DNA from: Eledone cirrhosa
Lineage: Eukaryota
Length of the DNA: 64,000 nucleotides
Direction: 5' to 3'
NCBI GenBank assembly: GCA_964016885.1
Contig: OZ024743.1
Span: 302,374,001-302,438,000, forward strand
Made by a program: the position numbers and the translations under genes. The notes below the pieces were generated by a model, which saw only the letters and a list, made by a program, of their open reading frames with translations, ran no database searches and had not been told where the DNA came from. Shown in pieces: positions 27,531 to 41,823 of this stretch (position 1 is the stretch's first letter; every line of letters begins with the position of its first letter).

Positions 27531-28197
27531 TGTCATTAAACTCGTGTCGATTCATTGAATCTTCATTTGGTTCAAAGAATATCAAACATTTAAAAACATT
27601 AATATATGAGTGGAGGTTCACTGAAACAGGTGAAGAAGTCCAGTTATCTCGGGGGCGTGTTCCTGATTTGTGGAAGGTAGGAGGCTGAAATAAGTGCTGG
27701 TATTCCAGCAGTTACTCCAAAACCCGGTGAGCCGCAGTATTCGGTGATTTGAAGAGGGAAGGTAGGTGAAATATTTAATCTTATGAATTTTGGGTAATGA
27801 CAAATAGAATACGACACGAATATAAACGACCGAAATGCGGGTTATCCTGAGGGTCCATGACTAAGCCATACTCGACACAGTCTCTGAAAGATCAGAAATT
27901 GCTCCGGCCAAAGAACTACATCTTTGAATTGAGAGATTACAACACCGATACTACAAGCATGTGGCAAGTGTGTCTCAACAAAAATCAATGGACAGCTTTC
28001 GCAGGCAGAATGAACCGGCAGGAGAAGCGGCAGACTTCGAGCAAGATATTTAGACAAAATTGAATAGATCGGCTGGTCTCGTTTGGAGAGGCAACCACAT
28101 TAATAGGAGACGGTTGCTTCTGACAGGACCCTCCAGGAAGAGTGTTGACGATTCTGCACCCACATAACTCTCCCAGGAATATGCTAGTGGTGGTGGT

Positions 28198-28282
28198 GAA
28201 GAAGAAGAAGAAGAAGAAGAAGAAGAAGAAGAAGAAGAAGAAGAAGAAGAAGAAGAAGAAGAAGAAGAAGAAGAAGAAGAAG

Positions 28283-28323
<41 letters not shown>

Positions 28324-28340
28324 CGACGACAACAACAACA
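28198..28340. repeat. (GAA)n(CAA)n compound microsatellite
   Basis: Read directly from sequence. Confidence 0.95.
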
Positions 28341-28699
28341 AAAGCATATATTGATATTCCACTTTAATGTTGGAAAGTAATTTTATTTCTAGCTTTCTTT
28401 GCTAATGCTTTATCCATTTTACAGTAATAATTTATAATAGATAACTCTGATGTATGTTACTTCAATAAGAGTATTTTCTGAGCTGATAATATAATATATA
28501 TTAGGAATTGTTGCAAATGAGTCCACGAAGATTTGCCGAATGGTAAAATGAAACGCCCTCAGAATTTGTTTAGAGGAGCCATTTCGAAAATTATATTTTG
28601 TATTATAACACCTTAATATTTGCTGACTCCTCATACAGGCCATAAAATGGACATACAGATTTGGTACAGTGAGACTCCAAAAAAGGTCCAGAATGAAGC

Positions 28700-29445
28700 A
28701 AACTAAAGAATATACTTAAGGAGGCCAGATAAACCTGGGTTTCCGCCACCAAATTCCATGACTCTGATATCAAAGATCTGTATGTATGATGGAAACGTTA
28801 CAGAGGTTTGACTGAATTGAACGCATAGGTGTGAGTCAGGTTATTTGCGTTCCCTTGTTTTTGGAATGTATCCAACAGGAAGTTTGTATTGCTCACTGAC
28901 AGAAAGTTGTCTGTGGTTTGCCATATATACTGTCTCAATACACACCCGTCTTTAAAGTATTCACTGCAGATTTAAATGAAGTTAAGACTGAGTCTTATAT
29001 CCTAATTGGTGATCATTGCAAAGTTTAGCACGAATGGACTGCTGTGAAATGGAGCTGTTGAAATGAGCAGTAAATCATATCTAAATGAAAACGAGAGGTA
29101 TCATTAGAGTTTTATACTCGTAAAGGCCATTGTATAATTTCTTCCACTACAAAGTTAGCCATAAATATAACAAAAATCAGGGACAACATTTCAGAAATCC
29201 TTTTTATTGTCCCTGATCTCGTCGATTCTGTGTTCAATGCTGCTGTTAAGCGAGGGATTGAGGTGTCAACTCATCACCATCTAGTTATTTGCAACCTGAA
29301 ACTATCTAATATAAAGAAAACCAAACGTTCTGGTGTATTCAGCTCAGCGTATATGAGAAAGTGGGAGGCGCCGGCAAATGAGGAGGCCAGGACAAAGTAT
29401 TTGGATACTATTGCATCCATATTCAAAGAACCTCCTGAATAACGT
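28700..29445 (+). pseudogene. Highly decayed RTE-type APE endonuclease fragment
   Basis: VKRGIEVSTHHHLVICNLKL resembles the RTE KRGAExSTDHHLV motif. Boundaries are approximate. Confidence 0.5.
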
Positions 29446-29557
29446 CCCTGAGCTTCGCTTATCTTGTTTGAGGATCCGACCGAATCAATCGATGACATGG
29501 TTCTGATAGGACGTGCTGGAAGGCGCACTGAAAAACTCTGCCTACGATACCCTCCAA

Positions 29558-29657
29558 AGAAGAAGAAGAAGAAGAAGAAGAAGAAGAAGAAGAAGAAGAA
29601 GAAGAAGAAGAAGAAGAAGAAGAAGAAGAAGAAGAAGAAGAAGAAGAAGAAGAAGAA
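29558..29657. repeat. (GAA)n microsatellite
   Basis: Read directly from sequence. Confidence 0.95.
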
Positions 29658-30299
29658 AGACAGGCACGCAGATAAACACATCTTGTGAAGTACATGATCC
29701 CTTAACTCCACGTATGTACTTCAATCCTGCTTACTTTATTCGTCTCGAATAAATAAATGATAAATGGAAAACTAGAATGAAGAGGGGAGTAACAGATATA
29801 ACTTATAGAAAATGATAAAAACCCATGACAACAGTTATCAACGCAATGAGAAAAAAATATATCTAAACCAAAATTAGAATAGATCAGCAATTCACAGAGA
29901 TGTGAAAATCTAAGCATTACCCTATGCCAACGGCTACATAGTTAACTGAAACACTTACGTATGTTGATTACATCCCTTCCTGTTTCCGGACATCAGTTTA
30001 ACCTTTGACACTTCCTAGAGCAGCCTAATTCAAACCAATTAGGGATACAATTGAAGTAATCTTTCATTTACCGAAGTGGTTATGTATGTATGCGTGTATG
30101 TATGTATGGGTTCTATGTATATGTGCATGGTCGTACATGTTCATACATGCATTCTTCTCTCTATACATATGAAGATATATGTGTGTTTATATACCTGGTA
30201 TAAAGTGCGTATGTACGCAGTGTGTCGATATATGATTGTATGTACACCGACACGGATATATACATGTTTACATATATGTTATGTATATGTAAATGTATA

Positions 30300-30572
<273 letters not shown>

Positions 30573-30801
30573 GTAAAGGATTACAGTGTCGGGTTAGATA
30601 GATACAGATCGAACCTTCAGCTGATGAGTGGCGAAACGTGCATCACCAACTATTAAGCGTAATGAAGGAGTAACCAATCGTCCATGTTATTTTATTTCAC
30701 TACAATAAATTCTGCCTAGCTTTACACCTCGACATTAAAGTGAATCTAAACATCGAGTGCTCACCCGGGTGAACCTACAGTAACTCCAAGTTACACTCCC
30801 T

Positions 30802-30896
<95 letters not shown>

Positions 30897-30996
30897 TATA
30901 TAAACATACAGTATATTGACAACCATACTACTCATACATTCATATATATATATATATATATATATATTTGTATCTATATGTGTATACACACTATTG

Positions 30997-31032
<36 letters not shown>

Positions 31033-31249
31033 AATGGGTAGGTTACACTACTCAAGGTATAGAGGAATTCACGGCCGTTTCGCGTGTATTAAGGACATTC
31101 ATTTTCAATGTTTCGTTTGTGTTCCCCCGGAACAAGTGTACTTATATAAATTGCTGCCATGCACTATTTGGCAGGAGTTTTCCTAGTGCATGACGGAGAT
31201 CACTTTAATACGAATTAACACATAGCCTCACCTCTACAAATTTCAGCAA

Positions 31250-31283
<34 letters not shown>

Positions 31284-32789
31284 GTGTGGGGGTGGGGGTG
31301 GGGGGTGTTACGTGCGTGTGTGTGTATGTGTGTGTGTGTGGGTGTGGGTGTGTGTGTGTGTGTGTGTATCGGTGTATGCGAATGTGTTCGTATGTTGTTT
31401 GTGAATATGTGTGCATTTGCATCTATGTAGTTATATATGAATGTTCGTATGTGTGTACAGATAAATGCAACACCCACACATATTAATGTGTACCCTGTTT
31501 TGTCGCTATGCCTTAGGCGACAGGATATGCTGACAGTAAGTTGTTTGAATGATACAATCATGCAGGCATTAGATCAGTATACGGGACTGATTTGTCACTT
31601 AAGATTTATATGAAAAATCCTTTGCTGTCTTCGTGATATTCCCTCCAATTAACACCAATGTTACATGTCATAGTTGATAATGGGAACTTAGCGTAAACAC
31701 TGTTAGCTCAGGCATAAAACTTCACACGGTTCTTTCTATATATTATGAGTTGATTAAAATTGCTTTCACGTGTAAAATTATACTGCTGACCTAAACTCTG
31801 ATACTAACATATTTAGAAATATAGATATTACTCGTTCTGGTATATACGTATGATTTCATGTGATTGTGCTTGTAACTGCGTACATATGTGCGTATGCAAG
31901 TATACATATATTTATATGTGTATGTATTCTAATTGAGCGAATAATGATATTATTTTCTTTAGATTTTGCTGTATAATCAATGATGATTTCAATGATTTTA
32001 CCAAATATAAAATAGTGAAATTACAGACTGACGATATTTTTCATCGAATCTTCACAGTATATTGTCAAGTTTTCTTTTTTTTCAGTTATTACTTGAGGCT
32101 CATCAAGCACGCTGTTCTGCGGATCCTATTAAGAGCAGCCATCTCAAAGGCCGATGGCCTTGGAGTCCTGTGTCTTTCGCCGTCTGTTATTTTTCATTTT
32201 AATGATTTTTAAGATTTCCCCTCAAAAATTTATTTTTCGCCTTGCTTTATTTTCATTCGTTGTCTTGTCCTCCGTTTGTTAATTTTCCTTAAGTTTAAGA
32301 AGAACCTGTCAATGTGGTTTCTCCCCCATTAATTTCAATGGTGTACATTTTCTAACTCAATATCTTACTTTCTTATTATTATTTTCTTGCTTTTTTTTCT
32401 AATTTTCCTTTTCTTCTTCTTTATTTTCTTTGTTTCATTCCTGGAACTTTCGTGCAATAAGAAGATCCAAATGTTTCTTGACATCACATAAAATTAAATG
32501 GGTACTTCTTATAGCTTAATTCTGATATGTTAATGTTTTGGCTCTCGTTACTTAATCCACTAAATAGCATTTCGATTGTCTCAGACGCTGTCACCCAAAG
32601 TGGACCAGTAGTAACGCTGGAAAGGGTCGAACCTAGCAAAGTCCATCTCAACAGCCGATGAATCTGGAGGTATGTGTCTTTCGTTTGTATTTTTATTTTT
32701 TAAATGGTTCCTCTTACCCCCTCCCTCTCTCTCTCTCTCTCTCTCTCTGTATATATATATATATACATATATATAGTTGTGTATAGTGG

Positions 32790-33161
32790 TAGCTATGGTG
32801 TTTCCATAGGCGGTATGCCAAAATTAGCACTCGCTATTCATCAGAGTAGAGTGTAGATATTATAAAGGAAACGAAATATCAGTGATGCATCTGGACTTAG
32901 TTTATTTCGTGTTACACATGTTTCGCCGGCATGTAGCTCGAGTCATGGTCCTTGTATGGATCTGGCTGATTCTACTTCTGCGGGTTCTTTCAGACAAGGG
33001 CGTTACGTCCGAAGCAAATGTTATCACCTGTGTCTGAAAGAACCCGCAGAAGTAGAATCAGCCAGATCCATACAAGGACCATGACTCGAACTACATGCCG
33101 GCGAAACATGTGTAACACGAAATAAACTAAGTCCAGATGCATCACTCATTTTTCATTTCCT

Positions 33162-33170
<9 letters not shown>
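32790..33170. repeat. Fold-back repeat with ~140-bp near-perfect arms
   Basis: Arms ~32857-32996 and ~33030-33170 with a ~35-bp spacer. Contains CTGAAAGA...GAAACATGT and is related to 20-372. Confidence 0.85.
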
Positions 33171-33202
<32 letters not shown>

Positions 33203-33206
<4 letters not shown>

Positions 33207-33402
33207 CGAAGGAAATGTGGTAAGGAACCAGGTGGACCATAACGCACCAAAGTACTCAATACTTAGGGTAGTAGAGTGGGTAATAGGAACAAGTAAGAGC
33301 CCGACGGCTGAACTCACGCCGTTTCGACGGTTAATTCTGGACTGCATTAGTCCAGAATTAGCCGTCGAGACGGCTTGAGCTCAGCCGTCGGGGTCTTACT
33401 TG

Positions 33403-33407
<5 letters not shown>
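33203..33407 (-). repeat. Family F repeat with fold-back
   Basis: Reverse complement of 12375-12505. Palindrome 33287-33407 centred on GGACT-GCATT-AGTCC. Confidence 0.8.
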
Positions 33408-33437
<30 letters not shown>

Positions 33438-33683
33438 CCACATCATGGATAACTGAACACACGAGTGTTTTTCTCCATTTTTCTCTGGTTCTTTCTCTTC
33501 TGACTCTCCGTCTTACTATTTCATCATGTATTTCAAATTCTAAATTTGTATGTCCAGTGTCTGAATCGTAAAGTCTCTATTCCTACGGTATCAATCGTTA
33601 ACTTCTATATTACTTCATTTTACTGAGTGGTTCTCTTTGACGTTACCGTTTACACACACACAATCACACAAGTATACCCTCAC

Positions 33684-33720
<37 letters not shown>

Positions 33721-33783
33721 TATATATATACGATATTAATAAATGGAAACTATATTTATAAAACCATATTTAAATAGAACTTT

Positions 33784-33850
<67 letters not shown>

Positions 33851-33968
33851 ATAAATGTTGTAGTCCCGTAGAAATCATTTCTATTACATGATAAAAATAC
33901 CTATAATCTACCAATGTATTCATTAAATTTTTAACTGTGGCGTGTATGGACACCACTCGTGATCCCAG

Positions 33969-34032
<64 letters not shown>

Positions 34033-34348
34033 AGAAGTTCTATTTAAATTGTTAGGATAGAACAAGGAAATATTTTTATAACTGATATAAAGCACTCAAC
34101 AAATTATTTGAGTAAAATACGATATATTAACAAATGGAAACTATATTTATAAAACCATATTTATTTCATTATACATATTTCAACGACACCAATTTAAATT
34201 ATGGTGTGCTTTCACAAGATAAAATATAATATATATCAGTGTTTTAAATATTGACATACCCTTAAATAATGCAACCATTTCTGTTGGAAGCTCCCGGATA
34301 TATATAAATATGTTTTTATAAATATAGTTTCCATTTGTTAATATATCG

Positions 34349-34566
<218 letters not shown>

Positions 34567-34574
34567 AATATATG

Positions 34575-34665
<91 letters not shown>

Positions 34666-35299
34666 GTATGTATGTACGTATTTATATGTATATATATAGT
34701 TGAGAATAATGGTAAAGCTCCATACAAATGGAGGATAATTATGTGATGCGTGAAAATAGAAAATCGTGAGTGTATATGTAACTGTTATTTCTTTTTTTAG
34801 TCCCACAGAATATTATTTTTTTTAATAATTGTAACATTAAATAGATTTATTTTTATCAGATATTTCTGCTTTCGTTTGGTACATTCTCTAGGCAGTTAAA
34901 ACGTGAGAATTTATTTCTCAAATTATTTTTTCATATATATGGACATTTAAGAAGGCGGGGTGGTACATCTTTAAGTGGATTTCAACAGGTCAGAATGATT
35001 CGGTCGATCATTCACTTTATTTTTAATAGAAACATCTTTTCCTATTTACATGAAACTGCAAATTGGAATTTGGTTGTTCTGAAATGTGTGTGTGCTTGTG
35101 TATGTGTATGTGTGCGTTTGTGTGTATATATATGTGTGTGTGTACGTGTGTGTGTTTGTGTGTCTATATGGGTATGTGTGTGCGTGTAGTTAGGATTCAA
35201 TTGTGTTAAGAATTCTAGTTGTTTCACGGTTTGTAAAAATAATTAAAAAGTGACATATGTGGATATAAAGATGAATAAAGGCTCTATTGCAAAGAGAGG

Positions 35300-36000
35300 T
35301 ATGCTCATAAAAGGAGAAATAACCTTTTCAATCATGAAGAATTGTTTTCTGGCGAGGTGATGCTTTGTGGAAGGTTTTAGTTTTTCTTATGTCTTGTGGT
35401 GCGTGAGTGTGTGGAGGTGCTCTATTTGGGGTTCCATTGTGTCAAGTGTTCATGTTATATTATACGGTTTGCAGATTACAAGAATAAATAAATGCAGGGA
35501 AGTAAATAAAAGAAGAAATATAGATATAAACATGATTGAGAGGGATCCGTTGGAGAGGAGTGTTATATTTATCAAACGAGAGATTTCTCGAAGAATTGAT
35601 ATATAAATCGAAATAAAAAAATATTTTTTTTGGAAGTTGCTTTCGAGATATGATATGAACTTGTATCTTCTGGTGTGGGCTTCTCCCCCACTCTCCCCTC
35701 TTAGATTGTTATTTATTGTCTAATGGAAGAGAATTATATATTTAATTATGGCTTATACTTGTTAATGAATATATTTTCTTTTCTTATCTTAGTAAGATTG
35801 TCTCATCAATTGCTCAGTTGGAAAATGTTTAAGTTTTTTATGTCAAATATTGTATATATTACAATGGTATAGCTCAAGATTATTTCATTCGATTTTTCAT
35901 CATGGACACTTTGTATGTGTATTGCCATTCATTTGCGTGGTGATTCCTTCTATGTATATACGTAAAAGATAATAATTGCTCATTTAGTACGATAGGGAAT
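35300..36000 (-). pseudogene. Very decayed PLE RT thumb-region remnant
   Basis: Traces of KPT and NG(Y)P-like motifs on the minus strand. Weak support. Confidence 0.3.
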
Positions 36001-36486
36001 AAGAAATGGCCGTTTAGGGATTAGGCACAATTGTTTATCGAGTAGGGTGTTCAGAAAAAAAGTGTTTCATTTCATAACCCTAAAAATATTAATTTGTTTG
36101 CTTACATAAATCTTCCTTCACGCGTGAAATTTAATTCTGATGAACGTTGAACTTCCTTTGTTTACAACAGCTTCACATAACATCTCCCTTCTCTTTCACT
36201 GACGCTATTTTACATGTTACAGATTTAGAAAGCTTTTAAAATTTGAAAACAAAACAACCCGAAACGAGATAATATTTTATGCGTACATTTAAGTTAATTA
36301 ATAAGCATACATTCCTTTCGATATTGGAAACTTAATCTGTATAACTATTATATTTAATGGGACAGTTTCGTGGAAATCGCTATGAGTTCTTACATTCATT
36401 CATTCATACATACATACTTACATACATACATACATAAACTTACATGCGTCCATGCATACATGGACGTGCATAAAGACATAAATACA

Positions 36487-36520
<34 letters not shown>

Positions 36521-36730
36521 TGCATACATGCTGATTAATACTTCTTGTCAGAAGAAGGCCATACATACATTGAAATTTGTACGAGCATGTGCATGCATGT
36601 AACATATCAGAACCACTTTTTTGCTGGGAGGGTCACAGATGTAAAACCTATACCCTCTATATCTTCGCAATACCGACTGGGATTTGTCCTCATGTATTTG
36701 TGTGTGTGTTTGTGTGTATATATATATATA

Positions 36731-36792
36731 TAGGAACAAGTATGAACCCGACGGCAGAGCTCAAGCCGTTTCGACGGCAATTTCTGGACTAA
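36731..36792 (-). repeat. Family F fragment
   Basis: AGTCCAGAAATTGCCGTC-GAAA-CGGC-TTGAGCTCT-GCCGTC-GGG on the minus strand. Confidence 0.75.
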
Positions 36793-37049
36793 ACAAGAAT
36801 TTTTAGCCTGGTAAATAAATACCCGAACTTCTCAGGGGGGTATTTCCTTATTTGGGAAGATAGTAATTGTCGAGAGGATTTGTCAAAAGTTTGTTGTAAA
36901 TACAGATGAATGTATCATGGCATTTGGTGGGAGGGGTGGTTGAACTTGCCGGTAGAACAAAGAGGTAGTTGGGGAAACCTAGTCATTATTATTTTTACCG
37001 GTCCTGATATAATAGCGGAATTAAACAGAATCAAACACTACTCAGCTGT

Positions 37050-38340
37050 ATGCCAAATTGGTTATCCGTTAGTGACCTGAAGAATTCTTGACAACAACCT
37101 GCTATTCTTTGGAGAAATGTGCTGGATGTAGGCTATATCGCTGAACATTTTCTGTCCCATTATATGGCCTCCGGCATCAAACATATAAAGAATCACACTC
37201 ACTTCAAGATGGTGGTGGATTCACGAATAACAACATTCCTTGAAAGCAACAAACTGCAGAATTCCAAGCAGCAAGGGTTCCGTGAGGGCAGGGACTGAGT
37301 GACGAAGTTCCTGCAGCACGTTGATCACATCCTGAAATGCTTTGGGATATGGTTCCAACACACTTTTTATTTACCTTGCTTTCATCATTGGCCTTTCACG
37401 GCATCGATCACGTTATCCTGTTGAAGAAATTATGCAATATTGGAGTCTGGGGAAAGCTACAATGGTGAGGAAAATATTTCTAGACAAACAGATCCCACCA
37501 TTTTATGAAAATTGCCTTCAAGGTCACTCAAATCCGTAGTGGAATTTCTCAAGAGTTTGTGAGGTGAAATCCTTTCCTTATTTACGAAGTCAAATTATAG
37601 ACGTCATTAAGAAAAATAAAATAATGAATATCGCACATGATTCCAAGCACCAGAAGGTCGTCATCCGAATGTGAGGCTGGGCTTGCATTTAATTGTATCT
37701 TCTCGCTGTTATCAAATGGTTGACAAAACAAATATGCTGCCGTATGAGGATAAGTTTGAATTATTCGTACTATTAAAATAGTACGCATTGAAATTATCAT
37801 ATGCTCTTCCCTCACGTAAAACCCTCGTGGCATTAAAAGAAAACCCCGGAGACTTTGGGATAATCGTCGTCCAACTTAAGTTGAGTACTTACATAAACCA
37901 CTAAGTTGACTTGTTCCGCAGGATGTGTTCACGGATTCTCTGAACTTTCCGTTCTAGAACCATTTATAGAATCTTCCTAGAATACCCAACATTTGCCTGA
38001 TTCCACCTTGAATATTCTCGTCTACTGTGGTCTTCTCACATGAAGTAAAGGGCAATTGCAAATGAATTAGGCGGATGGACAGTGTTTGACTATCGGGGCC
38101 AACCAAACAAAACTACGCTCTTCAACGCCATTCAACGATACGACAAACAATACTTCACATCAACTGGCGTCATTCGTTTTAATTTTAGACCGAAATGGGA
38201 AATAGATTCCCTAATATGTAAAGTTTTCCCGGATAAACTCCTCCGAGAAATAACGGATGAAGCCCGTACTTCTCTCAAAAACCAACAATACTTAACTAGT
38301 GTCCCCACATAACTTTTAACCCATCATCTGTAAGACCTCA
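37050..38340 (+). pseudogene. Decayed CR1-type LINE RT
   Basis: QQGFREGRD, SGISQ, RMCSRIL*TFRSR and HLEYSRLLWS remnants in the order expected for CR1 ORF2. Confidence 0.65.
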
Positions 38341-38409
38341 CCACTTAATGCTCCTAACTTGAACATGGCCTGTATCAACACTGTTGTAAACCTATTAAGT
38401 TATCAATGT

Positions 38410-39052
<643 letters not shown>

Positions 39053-39550
39053 ATATCCATATATATATTCGATCTGTATCTGTAGAAAGGAATTATGGAT
39101 TCATGAAAATTATAGAGTTATAATTTGTAAATGTGCTACAATATCACGAATTAACCAGGCATCAACACCTCCATTAAGTAATATTATAACCATCACATAA
39201 TAACAGATCCATAAACAACACTTAACGATACCAACAAATTTGACAAACACGAAAGGAACAAAAGAGAGAGAACAAATGAATCATTAACGTAATTTTCAAA
39301 CTATAAATCTTCTAGAATTAAAAACGAATTCAGAAGTCTTTAACAAAGTATATTCGTGTCTTACACGATTCAGTAAGAGTGCAAACACGGAAAACGTTGA
39401 CTTAACAGAAATAACAAGACATAAATTGTTAGTATGTCATTTTTTGATTATGCAAGTTATGACAACATAATAATAAACTCAAAATTATTAAAAATTATGA
39501 AATAATGTATAAGAAAAAATAAATTTCAACTAAAACAATATTGGAAATAA

Positions 39551-39740
39551 ATAATTGTTTCTACTTTTGGCACAAGGCCAGCAAATATCCAGTACATTAC
39601 TGGTACTTTATTTTATCGACCCCGTAAGGATGAAAGGCAAAGTTAACCTCGGCGGGATTTGAACTCAGACTGTAAAGGGACGTAACTATGCTAGAAAGCA
39701 TGGCGTCCGACCCTCTACCGATACTGCCAATCCACCGCCC
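39551..39740 (-). mobile_element. Full-length tRNA-derived SINE
   Basis: 5' GGGCGGTGGATTGGCAGTATCGG with boxes A and B. Flanked by a GGAAATAAATAAT / GGGAATAAATAAT TSD-like repeat. Confidence 0.9.
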
Positions 39741-40301
39741 TTGGGAATAAATAATATTTAAAAATATGATTGAAATATTTGTGAAGTGTTTTGCATGATA
39801 CTGTCTAATTTTCTATCGCAATAGAATCTAAAATTGTGTCACATTAATAAGGCAGATTATTCTCGTGTCTTTATAGTGAATGGTTTCACAGTCAACTGTA
39901 TGCTTCAATTAACTCATAACACCAAAATGTGTGATGCATTTATGTCGGAATATTTTACTACGTAAAATAGTAATAAAAATATGATTAACAAATTTCAAAA
40001 ACAATATATATAAAATAAAGCTAAACAAAATGAAGATGATGATGATGATTATGATGAAGATGAAGATATCGATGTGAAAAAGCTAATAAGAGTAATGAAA
40101 CGAAATAATATGATCAAAACATGATTTTACAAAACACACGATGTAAATGTGCGTCGCGTGTCAGAATAAAACTGCCAATTAGCTTAAGTGTATTAAAAGC
40201 TAATTTCTATACATTTTAGAGGGACATAAAAGCCTCTCCTATATAAATGATATTACTCACGCAGGTTAATATTACACACACTCTCTCACACCCTCAAGCG
40301 C

Positions 40302-40400
<99 letters not shown>

Positions 40401-41621
40401 GGGGAAGTCGCTGTGTGTGTGTGTATGGTATGTTAGTGTTCATCAATTCGTAATTGCTTCTCAATTGTATGTATTGTTGAACCAAAACTTGTTTACGCAG
40501 GATTTAGCACTCCACGAATTATATTTCCAGACTGTGAAGTAATTCCGCAGGTTTAGGTACGAGGGGGATTTCGTATAATAATGAATTATTAAGTAGTGTG
40601 TTAGTATCTTACCTCATTTTATTAATTTCGTCATTGCTGCGATATACATTTCTCTGTTGTTAATTATATAATAGATATGTCCTTCTCATATACATTTTAT
40701 GTAATTTTTTATGCTGTTGAGGTTTTGTAGAAGCAATAAATGTTTAACCCATATATATTGAAGAGCATTCTGGAAAATTATTTAACCATTTTCGGAGACA
40801 ACATTTTTACAATCTCAAGTGAAGCTTAATGAATAAGGCAGTGGATCTCCTCCTGCTATATTCTGACACCAACGAAAATGGATTAATCCTGGAAACCGAG
40901 TCTCAGGAGAATGTTGAACGTCATTTCGTCAATTGAAGTTTTGAAATATGCAAAGCGAAGTAACTCTGCGTGACCATCATCTTGATACTGGCGGGGGTAT
41001 TTGCTGGAGAAGGGATATTGTTGTCGCTTCAATGCAACATAGACAACGAAAACATTGTGATAGATGTTTAAACCAAAACTAAACATAAAACATGAATAGA
41101 GTAGCAACAACATAACAACTAGTAACGACTGACATGATAAAGACATACAGATACATAATAGAAACAAACTAATAAAACAAACTAGACAATCAACGATATA
41201 ATGACAAGGAAATAAGCGTATAAATAAATAAACACACAGACGCAAAAACGCTGGGTATTACGCATGTGCAGCCCAGGCCCATAGCACAGAGTTCCACAAA
41301 ACAGGATGTAGAACAGAAAAGAAAGACCCAAAATTATAACTTTGTAACTGAGGTGGTAACAAAATGAGTGCTGAAAGAACTTTGAAAATGAAAAAAATAA
41401 CCACCATCCGGTTATTAAACTAACCAGCTGGAGGTTTATAACAAATTGAAGTGAAACTATTGTAACGCGAACTGGCGCGAAATTTATTATAATTATTGAC
41501 AAACCAATCAAATTACTTCTCGAAAAACCTGGCATTTCGAGCCACTTTTTCCATATAAAACAAGTAACATTCAGAGACCAACCAGATGTGAGAAAAACCA
41601 CAGACCCTCCATCTCAACTCA

Positions 41622-41659
41622 CCTTTTGAAAAGCAGAAGAACTGCGAAACCGGTAAAGG
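41622..41659 (+). ncRNA. Minimal hammerhead ribozyme, U3-A8 variant, in the 5' pLTR
   Basis: CCTT-TTGAAAA-GCAG(AAGAA)CTGC-GAAA-CCGG-TA^AAGG, with palindromic ACCGGT. Confidence 0.75.
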
Positions 41660-41823
41660 AACCAAATAAATATATATATTTAAAAAAAAAATAAGACTCC
41701 AGTTGCATTTTCGATTTCATCTCTTTTGCTTTATACTTTCACTCGTGTAGGACACCTCGGTTATTTTTCATTTTGTAAAAAAAACCTCACTTTCTATATA
41801 TACCCACCACACGAAGACCGTAA

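Noticed and set aside
32085-32685. Possible host exons (acceptor at 32084, donor GAG|GTATGT at ~32670) sharing a ~45-bp repeat
   Set aside because: The second candidate has stops in all three frames and no protein similarity is recognisable.
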